A DNA stretch of 64,000 nt from Gemmatimonadales bacterium (GCA_037189525.1 JBBCJC010000005.1:88412-152411); one strand, 5' to 3'; positions 50,542 through 59,415 are shown, numbered from the stretch's first letter. The notes: generated from the letters alone by a model not told the origin. Made by a program: numbers and translations.

Positions 50542-51594
50542 TCAGGCCCGATCGAACATGAGGAGGGTGTCCTGACCCAGCGCCTGTCGCTCGACGATGG
50601 TCCAGCGCTCGGCCTGCAACAGCGAAGGAACCTCGAAGCCACGCACCGCCTTGATCCCATGATCGCCGAGCCAGACCGGACTCACGATCCAGGCAAAGCG
50701 ATCCACCAGCCCGCGCGCGAGCAGGCTGCCGCTCAGTCGCCCGCCCCCCTCGATCAGGATCGAGTCGATTCCCAACTGCTTGAGTTCCGAGAGCCCTTCG
50801 GCCAAATCACTGGTCAGGATGATGTCGACTCCGCGATCGGTCAGCGCATTCCGTTCGTTAGGCACGAGCCCGTCGCCGATCAGCACCGTGTGGCGCACCG
50901 CGGCGGTCCGGACCAGCGCCGAGTCGAGCGACAGCCGGCGCCGGCCAAGGAAAACCACCCGGGCGGGGGCGGTCCGGGGTTCGAGCGCGCCGCGCACGGT
51001 GAGCGACGGATCGTCGACCTGCGCCGTCCGGCCTCCGACCCCGATCGCTGCGAAGCCGGCCCGAAACCAGTGGACCCAGTCGCGCGCTTCCTCGCCGGAA
51101 ATCCAGCGCGACACCCCGGCACTGTCCGCGATACAATGATCGAGGGAGGTGGCCAGCTTGACGGCCACGAACGGGCGATCGAGCTCGCTCACCGCATTCA
51201 GAAACGCCGAATTGAGTCGCTCGGCCGCTTCCCGTCCTAGGCCGGTCGCGACCTCGATACCGGCCTCCTCCAGCCGGGCCCGGCCACCCGCCGCCACTGG
51301 ATTCGGATCCAGGCTGGCAATCACCACCCGGCGGATTCCGCTCGCAATGATTGTCTCGGCGCAGGAGGGCTGCTTGCCGGCGTGGGCACAGGGCTCCAGG
51401 GTCACCACCATCGTGGCGCCCCGGGCACGCGGACCCGCCGCCGCCAGCGCAACTGCTTCGGCATGGGGACCGCCATACTCGGCATGGTACCCCTCGCCGA
51501 CGATCTGATCGCCGGCGAGGACTACGGCCCCGACCATGGGATTGGGATGGACTCGGCCCCAGCCCCGTCGGGCCAGTTCGAGGGCGCGGTCCAT
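50542..51594 (-). CDS. ribD: Bifunctional diaminohydroxyphosphoribosylaminopyrimidine deaminase / 5-amino-6-(5-phosphoribosylamino)uracil reductase
   Basis: ORF 50542..51612 starts at GTG; ATG 51594 gives MDRALELARRGWGRVHPNPMVGAVV. Deaminase zinc site HAEAVAL...TLEPCAHAGKQPSC is present, and the reductase half follows. Confidence 0.93.
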   Translation of the reverse strand: MDRALELARRGWGRVHPNPMVGAVVLAGDQIVGEGYHAEYGGPHAEAVALAAAGPRARGATMVVTLEPCAHAGKQPSCAETIIASGIRRVVIASLDPNPVAAGGRARLEEAGIEVATGLGREAAERLNSAFLNAVSELDRPFVAVKLATSLDHCIADSAGVSRWISGEEARDWVHWFRAGFAAIGVGGRTAQVDDPSLTVRGALEPRTAPARVVFLGRRRLSLDSALVRTAAVRHTVLIGDGLVPNERNALTDRGVDIILTSDLAEGLSELKQLGIDSILIEGGGRLSGSLLARGLVDRFAWIVSPVWLGDHGIKAVRGFEVPSLLQAERWTIVERQALGQDTLLMFDRA

Positions 51595-51614
51595 GGCGCG
51601 AACTTCGATCACGC

Positions 51615-52601
51615 CTACAGTTTAAACCCGAGCCCCGCCCCGCCGAAGAACCGGCCCGATTTGGTATCGCTGGCCCTGAAAATGGTGGTCTGCCCGTCGC
51701 CTTTGCCGACCTGGAAGCCGGCCTCCAGCGTCAGCCGGGCCACCGAACCCAGCGCCACGGCAAAGTTGGTGGCGGTCACGATCCGCATGGTCGACACCGT
51801 CGAGTCAGCCCGGGAGGACGCGAGTCCGGTGGCCGGATCGCGGAACACGACCGAGTAGTTGCCCTTGATCAGGTCGGCCCCGCCCCCCGCAGTGAACTCG
51901 AAGGCGCCAAACTTGTGCCCCAGCATCAGCCGGGTGGTAATGGCCGAGACCGACAGCGTGTAGGCGTAGTCGCTGCCCGCATTGAGGTTCCCGACGGCGA
52001 ATTTGGGGAGATTACTCTGCCCCACGTTGAGACTCACGGTCGGCATCGCGGAGGTTGGCACGAACGCCAGACGGAGGCCGTAGCCAAAGCCGAGCGCCAT
52101 CCCGGCCACGCGACGCGTATCGGGAGTAAACCGGAAGTAGCCTCCCGCATCGTCGGGCATGGCGGTCACCGAGCCCAGGAAATCGGCCGAGGCGGCGCCG
52201 ACCGGGAGAGCTTTCTGAAAGAGACCGAGGCGGAGATCCAGCCTGGGAGCGATGAACGAGGCGCGCCGGAGCGCCGGAACGGTATCGACGCTGCCGTCAT
52301 AGACCGTCGACGGCAGCACGGCCCGGAGCGCCGTGAATCGGAAGGTGACCCCGATATCGCCGAAGCCTCGTCCGCCGGCGGCGGTGCCGAGGCTCGGGTT
52401 CCCGCCGGTTGCCAGGAGCGCGGCAAACGGCGTGGTGGTAGTCAGAGCGTCGTATCCGGCGCGACAGACGGCCTGGGTCGCGCCGATGTGGGTCTCACAC
52501 GGATGCGGAGCTGGCGGCTCCGGTTCGGTTTGGGCACTCGTGGTCGCCGCGCACACGAACGTGACGGCGAGGCCGATCAGCGTGGCGTATCGCCTCTGCA
52601 C
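51615..52601 (-). CDS. Hypothetical outer-membrane beta-barrel protein
   Basis: 328 aa with a GTG start. Signal peptide ATLIGLAVTFVCAATTSAQ. Alternating-hydrophobic strands throughout, with a C-terminal FFGGAGLGFKL strand. No family recognised. Confidence 0.6.
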   Translation of the reverse strand: MQRRYATLIGLAVTFVCAATTSAQTEPEPPAPHPCETHIGATQAVCRAGYDALTTTTPFAALLATGGNPSLGTAAGGRGFGDIGVTFRFTALRAVLPSTVYDGSVDTVPALRRASFIAPRLDLRLGLFQKALPVGAASADFLGSVTAMPDDAGGYFRFTPDTRRVAGMALGFGYGLRLAFVPTSAMPTVSLNVGQSNLPKFAVGNLNAGSDYAYTLSVSAITTRLMLGHKFGAFEFTAGGGADLIKGNYSVVFRDPATGLASSRADSTVSTMRIVTATNFAVALGSVARLTLEAGFQVGKGDGQTTIFRASDTKSGRFFGGAGLGFKL

Positions 52602-52625
52602 GCGGATCCCCCTGAAAAGCCAACG

Positions 52626-53648
52626 TCAGGTGAATCGCACTCCGCCCTGCCCGGCACGGACCTCTCCGGCGATCCACGTCTCGATGCCCACCTTGCGAGC
52701 GGCTTCCCGCACGCGCTCGGCTGCGTCGGGCGGAACGGCCACGACTAGCCCGGCCCCGATGTTGAAGACCTGGCGCATCTCGTCGACCGAGACCTGCCCG
52801 GCTTCCATCAGGAAGGTGAACAGCGGCGGCCACTCCCAAGAGCGGGACTCGATGACCGCGTCCAGGGTGGAGGGCAATACCCGGACCAGATTTCCCTCGA
52901 GCCCGCCCCCGGTGATATGGGCAATCCCGTGGACCAGATCGAGCACCGGATAGACCGCGTGAAAGTAGCTCTGATGGACCGCCAGAAGGGCCTCGCCGAC
53001 GGTCGTGCCGGTGGCGCTAAGTGCTGAATCGACCGAGAGTTTGAGCCGATCGAAGCAGATCTTCCGGGCCAGGGTGTAGCCGTTGGTATGGAGCCCGGTC
53101 GAGCGGTAGCCGATCAGGACATCCCCCGCCCTGATGGCGTCGCCGTGAAGGGCGGCAGATTCCTCCACCACCCCGACAATCGTGCCGGCCAGGTCGTAGT
53201 CGCCGGGGGCGTAGATGTCGGGCAGCGAGGCGGTTTCGCCGCCGGTCAGCGCCATCTCGTGGGCCCGGCAGCCGCGCGCCACCCCTTCGACGATATCGGC
53301 AAGCTGGATCTCAGTCAGGCCGTTGGAGCCGATGTAATCCTGGAACGCGATGCCGCGGGCGCCGTGCACCAGGATGTCGTTGACGCTGTGGTTGACGATG
53401 TCCTCGCCCACCGTGTCGTAGCGCCCCGCCAGCTTGGCAACCAGGACCTTGGTGCCGACGCTGTCGGTGCTGGTGACCAGGATCGGCTGCTTCATCCCTT
53501 CGGGAATGCGCACCATGCCGCCGAACGCGCCCACCAATCCGCGGGAAAGCGGCGTCCTGGTGCTGGCGACGGCCTGGCCGATCCGCCGCTTGGCGGCCGC
53601 GAGCGCGTCGAGATCGACGCCGGCAGCTGCGTACTGCGGCCCGCTCAT
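52626..53648 (-). CDS. purM: Phosphoribosylformylglycinamidine cyclo-ligase (AIR synthetase)
   Basis: 340 aa. Contains SYAAAGVDLD-like QYAAAGVDLD, DSVGTKVLVA and DIVNHSVNDILVHGA motifs. Confidence 0.96.
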   Translation of the reverse strand: MSGPQYAAAGVDLDALAAAKRRIGQAVASTRTPLSRGLVGAFGGMVRIPEGMKQPILVTSTDSVGTKVLVAKLAGRYDTVGEDIVNHSVNDILVHGARGIAFQDYIGSNGLTEIQLADIVEGVARGCRAHEMALTGGETASLPDIYAPGDYDLAGTIVGVVEESAALHGDAIRAGDVLIGYRSTGLHTNGYTLARKICFDRLKLSVDSALSATGTTVGEALLAVHQSYFHAVYPVLDLVHGIAHITGGGLEGNLVRVLPSTLDAVIESRSWEWPPLFTFLMEAGQVSVDEMRQVFNIGAGLVVAVPPDAAERVREAARKVGIETWIAGEVRAGQGGVRFT

Positions 53649-54565
53649 GGTAACTCCTCCGCCGAAGGGACTTTGGTCAGCTCGACGAACGCCTGAACCC
53701 GTTTCTGCACGGTGTCGAAGTCGACTTTTTCGAAACCCTTGATCCCGAAACCCTGCACCGCAAACGACCCCATCGCCGAGCCGTAAACCATGGCGCGGCG
53801 CATCTGCTCGGGCGCCGCCGAGCCCGCCCGCGCGAGGTAGCCCATGAACCCGCCGGCAAAAGCATCGCCGGCGCCGGTCGGATCGAAGACTTCCTCCAAC
53901 GGGTACGCCGGTACGTAAAAGGTTCGCCCCGGCTCGAGCAGGAGCGCACCGAACTCACCCTGTTTGATCACGACCCGGGTCGGGCCGTGTTCCAGAATCC
54001 AGCGGCCGGCCTTGTGGATGTTCCACTCGCCCGAGAGTTCGCGGGCTTCGCTATCGTTGACGAGCAGCATGTCGACCCGCTTGAGCAGCGCCATCAACTC
54101 CGGCCGCTTGCTCTGGATCCAGTAGTTCATGGTGTCGCACGCCACCAGCTTGGGCGTGTCGAGCTGTTCGAGTACCGTGAGCTGCAGCTCTGGATCGATG
54201 TTGCCCAGGAAGAGGAAGTCCGACGATTCCCACGCCGCCGGCAGCTTGGGCCGAAACGCCGCAAAGACACCGAGCCGGGTGTCGAGCGTTTCGCGGCTCT
54301 GCAGGTCGTAGCTGTATTTGCCCTTCCAGCGGAAGCTCTCGCCCTTGGCGCGCTCGACGCCGGTCCAGTCGATCCCGCGCGGCGCGAGCCGGTCGAGTTC
54401 GTGCACCGGATAGTCGTCGCCCACGACGCCGACCACCTTGACCTTGGACAGGAGAGACGCCGCCACACTGAAGTAGACGGCGGATCCGCCCAGCGCATCG
54501 GCGGTTTCGCCGAACGGCGTGTAGATGGAATCGAGGGCAACGCTCCCGACCACGAGCAAAGGCAT
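53645..54565 (-). CDS. PfkB family carbohydrate kinase
   Basis: 306 aa. N-terminal GSVALDSI...GGSAVYFS and C-terminal DPTGAGDAFAGGFMGYL (PfkB signature 2). Confidence 0.88.
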   Translation of the reverse strand: MPLLVVGSVALDSIYTPFGETADALGGSAVYFSVAASLLSKVKVVGVVGDDYPVHELDRLAPRGIDWTGVERAKGESFRWKGKYSYDLQSRETLDTRLGVFAAFRPKLPAAWESSDFLFLGNIDPELQLTVLEQLDTPKLVACDTMNYWIQSKRPELMALLKRVDMLLVNDSEARELSGEWNIHKAGRWILEHGPTRVVIKQGEFGALLLEPGRTFYVPAYPLEEVFDPTGAGDAFAGGFMGYLARAGSAAPEQMRRAMVYGSAMGSFAVQGFGIKGFEKVDFDTVQKRVQAFVELTKVPSAEELP

Positions 54566-54570
54566 GATGA

Positions 54571-56208
54571 TTACATCCGTTCCGGGGCGGAGAGCCCCAA
54601 GAGTTGGAGTCCGTTGCGAAGGACGATGCGGGTGGCGCGGGCCAGCACGAGACGCGCCCGTTCGACGTCGGGCGCTTCGCCCAGGACGCGGCAGTGATGG
54701 TACCAGCCGTGTGCAATCCCGGCGAGTTCTTCCAGGTACGCGGTCACTCGATGCGGCTCCCGATCGGCGGCAGCCTTGGCTACCTGCTCCGGAAAGACGG
54801 TCAAGGCCTTGAGCAGTTCCTGATCCTGCGGCGCCGGCAGTCCCGCCAGGTCCGCAGTATCACCGGCGTCCTCGGGCGTCTTCCCGGCGGTCCGGAAGAT
54901 CCCGCTCATCCGGGCGTGCGCCATCTGGACGTAGAAGATCGGATTCTCGTCGGTCCGCTTCTGCGCCAGGTCGATGTCGAAGACGAACGGGGTATCGGCT
55001 CGGCGCATCAGGAAGAAGTAGCGCGCGGCGTCGGTACCAACTTCGTCGAGTAGATCGCGCAGGGTCACGAAGTTCCCCGCCCGCTTGGACATCTTCAGCT
55101 CTTCGCCGCCCTTGACCACTTTGACCAGCTGGACCATCGGCACCTCGAAACTCGAGGCCGGGTGACCCAGCGCCACCAGTACGGCGCGCATCCGCGGGAT
55201 GTAGCCGTGATGGTCGGCGCCCCAGACATCGATCAGGTTCTCGAACCCGCGCGAGAACTTGTCGACGTGATAGGCAATGTCCGGGGTCAGATAGGTGTAG
55301 CTGCCGTCGCTCTTCTTGAGGACTCGGTCCTTGTCGTCGCCGAACGAGGTGGTCCGCATCCAGACCGCGCCGTCCTGTTCGAAGATCAGGCCGCGCGACC
55401 TGAGCAGATCGAGGGTCGCCTCGATCTTACCCGAGTCGTAGAGCGACTGCTCGGAGGTGTGGACATCGAAGACCACGCCGAAGTCGCGGAGCAGCGTGTC
55501 CTGCTCGATCCGCTGGCTCTCCAGCGCAAACTGGCGGCAGACCGGCAGCGCTTCGGCTTCCGGCAGCTCGGCAAAGGCCGCGCCCTCGCGGGCCAGCAGC
55601 GCAGCGGCGGATTCGATCAGATACTCGCCGTGGTAGCCGCCTTCAGGGATCGACGCCTCCCGGCCGGCCGCCTGCTGCACCCGGGCCCAGAGGCTCTGCG
55701 CCACCTTGTCGATCTGGACGCCCGCATCGTTGATGTAGAACTCGCGGGTCACGTCGTGTCCGGTCCACTCCAGCAGCGCGGCGAGCGCATCACCCAGCGC
55801 AGCACCACGACCGTGCCCGACATGCAGCGGACCGGTGGGATTGGCGGAGACGAACTCGACGTTGACCTTCTTGCCTGCCCCTGTCGTCGACCGTCCGTAA
55901 CCGGCATCGGCCGCGATGATGCTCGACAGTTGGCTCGCCAGGGCATCCTCGGCCAGCCAGAAGTTGATGAAGCCCGGGCCGGCGATTTCGGTCTTGGCAA
56001 TCAGCCCGGCCGGCAGCGCCAGCTGCGCAATGACCGACTCGGCCAGCTTGCGCGGATTGGCCTTGAGCGACTTGGCCAGCACCATGGCGAGATTGGTGGC
56101 GAGATCACCGTGGCCGGCATCGCGCGGCCGCTCGACCACGAAGGCCGCATCGGGCGCGCCGAGTGCGGCGGCAATGCGGGCCAGCTCGGCGCGAATCGGA
56201 TCGGTCAC
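54571..56208 (-). CDS. argS: Arginine--tRNA ligase
   Basis: 545 aa with a GTG start overlapping the fmdB stop. HIGH-region equivalent SANPTGPLHVGHGRGAALGDAL, the MSKRAG (KMSKS-like) motif and the typical C-terminal ...ERM are present. Confidence 0.96.
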   Translation of the reverse strand: MTDPIRAELARIAAALGAPDAAFVVERPRDAGHGDLATNLAMVLAKSLKANPRKLAESVIAQLALPAGLIAKTEIAGPGFINFWLAEDALASQLSSIIAADAGYGRSTTGAGKKVNVEFVSANPTGPLHVGHGRGAALGDALAALLEWTGHDVTREFYINDAGVQIDKVAQSLWARVQQAAGREASIPEGGYHGEYLIESAAALLAREGAAFAELPEAEALPVCRQFALESQRIEQDTLLRDFGVVFDVHTSEQSLYDSGKIEATLDLLRSRGLIFEQDGAVWMRTTSFGDDKDRVLKKSDGSYTYLTPDIAYHVDKFSRGFENLIDVWGADHHGYIPRMRAVLVALGHPASSFEVPMVQLVKVVKGGEELKMSKRAGNFVTLRDLLDEVGTDAARYFFLMRRADTPFVFDIDLAQKRTDENPIFYVQMAHARMSGIFRTAGKTPEDAGDTADLAGLPAPQDQELLKALTVFPEQVAKAAADREPHRVTAYLEELAGIAHGWYHHCRVLGEAPDVERARLVLARATRIVLRNGLQLLGLSAPERM

Positions 56209-56549
56209 TCCGCCGCCTTCTTGGTTGATTTCTTCGCCGGCTTGGCGGCGGGCTTGGCAGACGCGTCCTTGGGCGTGCTGTCACTCGAGGCGCTCGAGCT
56301 GTCGCTCTTGTCCGCCTTGGGCGCGCTGCTGCTCTCCGACGAGGAGGACTCCTTGCGGGGCCCCTTCCCGTCTTTGCCATAGTCGGTGATGTAAAAGCCG
56401 CTGCCTTTGAAAATGAGGCCGGCTCCACCGGAGATTACCCGCTTGGCCGCCGCCCCGCATTCGGGGCACTTGGACTTGGGCTTATCAGAGATGCGCTGGA
56501 ACGCTTCGAAACGGTGCCCTTTGGCACACTGATACTCGTACGTCGGCAT
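56205..56549 (-). CDS. FmdB family zinc-ribbon protein
   Basis: 114 aa. MPTYEYQCAKGHRFEAFQRISDKPKSKCPECG (CxxC_CxxC_SSSS family start), then FKGSGFYITDY, then a Ser/Lys-rich tail. Confidence 0.85.
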   Translation of the reverse strand: MPTYEYQCAKGHRFEAFQRISDKPKSKCPECGAAAKRVISGGAGLIFKGSGFYITDYGKDGKGPRKESSSSESSSAPKADKSDSSSASSDSTPKDASAKPAAKPAKKSTKKAAE

Positions 56550-56777
56550 GGATCCTGGTCAGACGGCGTAAACAGATACAACCAATAAACTTAGCCGACT
56601 TCCAGCCTCAACGCCAATCCCTCTGCCAAGCCCCTGCTGCCGCCCTAAATGCTCGAACGGTACGGCGCAGTACCGGTAGGCCTCTGGCGCCCACGCCGCC
56701 TGCGCACTAACGTGCGATCCACAGGGCCGGCCCGACTCTCCCGCTTGTTTATACCTTACATCCCGGATGTGCTTCGC

Positions 56778-58673
56778 ATGGACGAATTGCAGGCGCGAAT
56801 CCTCGTCAAGCGCCTGGAGCAAGAGGCTGCCGCGCGGCCCTTGGCATATCGACTGCGAGTCGCCTGCCTCGCACTACTTGGGTACGGATACTTCGCAATG
56901 CTGGCGGCTTTTTCAATTGCCATCCTCTATGCGAGCTACATAGAAGGGGAGATCATCCGCGGCACGATTCCAGCGCTCTTAATTCTTGTCTTGTTGCTCT
57001 CCGCCTTCTGGATCAGGCTGGCACCTCCACTTGGCGTTCCGCTTCGCCGGAGTGAGGCTCCGGATCTCTGGGCGGCAATCGACCAAATACGAGTTCAACT
57101 TCGGGCGCCCAAAATTCATGAAATTCGTATCAGTGACAAGCACAACGCCGCCATCGCGCAGATTCCCCGGCTAGGGATCTTTGGGTGGTACAAAAACTAT
57201 CTTGTCCTTGGCTTCCCATTGCTTCAGAGCCTCAGCCGAGATCAGGCGTTAGCCGTCATCGGGCATGAGCTCGGGCACCTGTCCAGGAATCACGGCCGCT
57301 TTGCTGGATGGATTTACCGCCTCCGCATCGCTTGGAGCCGTCTGCACGCAATGTTCGTACGTCTGCACGCAATGTTCGTAAACGAACCCCACAGCCGCTG
57401 GTACGTTCTGTTCGTTCCGTTCATCAATCGGTATGCCCCGTACTTCGAAGCCTATAGCTTCGTCCTGGCTCGAGCCGATGAATACATCGCGGATCAATGC
57501 GCTGCTCAGGTAACAGATCAGGAGGCCGTACGGAGTGGATTGGTCCGGTTGGCATCGGTATCTCGATTCGCTCACGAGACGTTCTTGAGCTCGATGACCC
57601 CGCACCTGAAGAACGAACCTGAGCCACCGGGTGACATTCCGACCAGACTGGCCACCTACCTCCAGGAGCACGCAACGCAAGAGCGTCTCGCCCGTTACAG
57701 GGTCAATGCGGCCGCAGAACGGACCGGTTGGTCCGATACGCACCCGAGTCTGACAGACCGCCTCCGGGGACTCGGGTGGAAGGAGGTGCCGGAGCCTTCA
57801 TGGTGCGCGCCGCCACAGCCTGGAGCAGATGCGGCTACCGTACTGCTGAGTCATACGACAATCGGACAGGTATTGGCTCGCCTGGGCGACCACTGGCGGT
57901 CCACCTATCGTGATTTCTGGAACACAACCCACCATCGGATTCTGATGATTCAGGAGGACTTAAGCGCGCTCGAGGCGCGCGCAGCAACCGAGACGCTACC
58001 GCGCGCGGAGGCATGGAGTCGAATTCGTCTGACGCATCAACTCGACCCCAATCGGGCGTATCCCATGCTGCTGCCGTTCATTGCGGCCCATCCGGACCAC
58101 GCCGAGGCCCGTCTCTATTTCGGCCGCCACCTGGCAGATTTGGGAGACGATGCGGGAATAGACCACCTTCGCAAGGCAAGTCAACTCGACGAGGACCTTC
58201 TGGTTCCTGCGTACCGTCTCATCGCCGTCGCTCTATCGTCCAAGGGCCGGCGTCAGGAAGCACTCTCGTTCGAGCGGACGGCAGAGGACCGTGCAACGAT
58301 CCTCGAAGCCGCCGATCTCGAGCGCCGTACCATGTCCCGAAAGATGGTTCTCGAGCCGGTCACTCTCCCCGCCGAGACCATTGCAGCTCTGCGGACGGCG
58401 GTAGCGCGATACCCAGATGCAATTCGAGTATATCTGGCCCGGCGGCGGGCTGAGACTTTGCCTGAGCGGCCCTGTTATCTGCTTGGCGTACTACCGCGCC
58501 GGAAGCACCACCAGCAAGTGATCGACGAAGCCGACCTCCTCACACGACTGACCAACGACATCGAATGGCCGAAGTACGTCCAGGGCGTGATCCTTGAGGA
58601 CGACAACCGATGGCTACTTCATCGGATGCGTACTGGAGCCATCTTGCTCGACTCTCGACCCAATGATCAGTGA
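56778..58673 (+). CDS. M48 family zinc metallopeptidase with a long C-terminal helical-repeat region
   Basis: ORF 56649..58673 trimmed to ATG 56778 (MDELQARILV...). Two N-terminal TM helices. VIGHELGHLSRNH (HExxH), a downstream ADEYIAD glutamate, and DTHPSLTDR. The C-terminal ~350 aa are helical and TPR-like. G+C is visibly lower than in flanking genes. Confidence 0.85.
   Translation: MDELQARILVKRLEQEAAARPLAYRLRVACLALLGYGYFAMLAAFSIAILYASYIEGEIIRGTIPALLILVLLLSAFWIRLAPPLGVPLRRSEAPDLWAAIDQIRVQLRAPKIHEIRISDKHNAAIAQIPRLGIFGWYKNYLVLGFPLLQSLSRDQALAVIGHELGHLSRNHGRFAGWIYRLRIAWSRLHAMFVRLHAMFVNEPHSRWYVLFVPFINRYAPYFEAYSFVLARADEYIADQCAAQVTDQEAVRSGLVRLASVSRFAHETFLSSMTPHLKNEPEPPGDIPTRLATYLQEHATQERLARYRVNAAAERTGWSDTHPSLTDRLRGLGWKEVPEPSWCAPPQPGADAATVLLSHTTIGQVLARLGDHWRSTYRDFWNTTHHRILMIQEDLSALEARAATETLPRAEAWSRIRLTHQLDPNRAYPMLLPFIAAHPDHAEARLYFGRHLADLGDDAGIDHLRKASQLDEDLLVPAYRLIAVALSSKGRRQEALSFERTAEDRATILEAADLERRTMSRKMVLEPVTLPAETIAALRTAVARYPDAIRVYLARRRAETLPERPCYLLGVLPRRKHHQQVIDEADLLTRLTNDIEWPKYVQGVILEDDNRWLLHRMRTGAILLDSRPNDQ
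57339..57380 (+). repeat. Perfect 21-bp tandem duplication inside the M48 gene
   Basis: cgtctgcacgcaatgttcgta occurs at 57339-57359 and again at 57360-57380. It is in frame and duplicates RLHAMFV. Confidence 0.95.
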
Positions 58674-58712
58674 GGTACCGCGCGTCGTCCGAGGATTGCC
58701 ATATTGGTACAC

Positions 58713-58919
58713 ATGAAGACGACACGAAACATCGACGACCGGCTACTGGCCGAGGCTCGCAGACTCACCCAGATCGAGGAAAAAACTGAGCCGGTTCGCG
58801 CTGACCTCGAAGCGCTGATCGCTCGGGAAAGCGCTTGTCGACTCGCTCGCCTCGGCGGATCCGAGCCTGTCATGCGACCGATCCCTCGCCGGCGGTCGCG
58901 GTCGCGCCGCGCCTCGTGA
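58713..58919 (+). CDS. vapB: Type II toxin-antitoxin system VapB-family antitoxin
   Basis: ORF 58704..58919 starts at TTG; ATG 58713 gives MKTTRNIDDRLLAEARRLTQIEEKTEPVRADLEALI, the typical N-terminus of MxTT(L/R)xIDDxLLxEA antitoxins. Its stop overlaps a GTG (GTGA) that opens a PIN-type reading frame. Confidence 0.8.
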   Translation: MKTTRNIDDRLLAEARRLTQIEEKTEPVRADLEALIARESACRLARLGGSEPVMRPIPRRRSRSRRAS

Positions 58920-59110
58920 TCCTGGTCGACACATCGGTCTGGATCGACCACCGCCGCCGGGATAACGACCTGCTGGAGATGTTATGGCGCCCCACGGACG
59001 CTGATGGGAGCCTTCAACGTGGGCAGTCCCTCGAGGTCGACCCGAACCCGATACGTGCCGCGCGAAACGTTGGCGAAGAGTGCAGTGCGATACGTCACGC
59101 CTACCGATAG
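58916..59110 (+). pseudogene. vapC: Truncated vapC (PIN-domain toxin) remnant
   Basis: From GTG 58916 the frame reads VILVDTSVWIDHRRRDNDLLEML, a canonical PIN N-terminus with the first catalytic Asp. All resemblance ends near 58985 and the frame stops at 59110 after 64 codons. That is too short for a PIN domain, and the remaining acidic residues are absent. Confidence 0.6.
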
Positions 59111-59412
59111 CAATCGTGTCGACCCACGATTCCAAGCAGAGGGTGGTACTCACCCGGGGAAACGCTCCCGAGCCGAGATCGTGTTCGACAGCAACGTTTA
59201 TCTCACGTGGATACTGTGTACACGACGGGTTCGTCACCGCGGTTGCTCAGATCGACACGCGCGATAAACTTCCCACCCCGTTCCACGATGGCGGGCTCGA
59301 TCGTCAGTGTGGCCTGGAGCGGTCCGGACTCGGCGGATAGGCCCCCGCGGTAAATAGGACGCTCGCCAGGAGCGCAGCAACCCATGGCGATGATCGATGA
59401 GTCGAAGTCACC
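58982..59412 (-). pseudogene. Decayed fourth copy of the Cys-pair lipoprotein family
   Basis: Homology to the 59416-59868 product is split over three minus-strand frames. The first frame reads ..SSIIAMGCCAPGE...IEPAIVERGGKFIARVDLSNRGDEPVV. After a shift near 59221-59226 it reads CTQYPREINVAV...GSGAFPRVSTTLC...TLRQ. After a shift near 59066-59070 it reads VSRGTYRVRVDLEGLPTLKAPISVRGAP*, with the stop at 58984-58982. The signal peptide is truncated: only 10 codons follow the upstream stop. Confidence 0.6.
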
Positions 59413-59415
59413 GGG

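Noticed and set aside
51595-51614. Looked for an FMN (RFN) riboswitch ahead of ribD, and between the other rib genes.
   Set aside because: The gaps are only 1-20 nt, so no structured leader can fit. Recorded as an absence (see the riboflavin finding).
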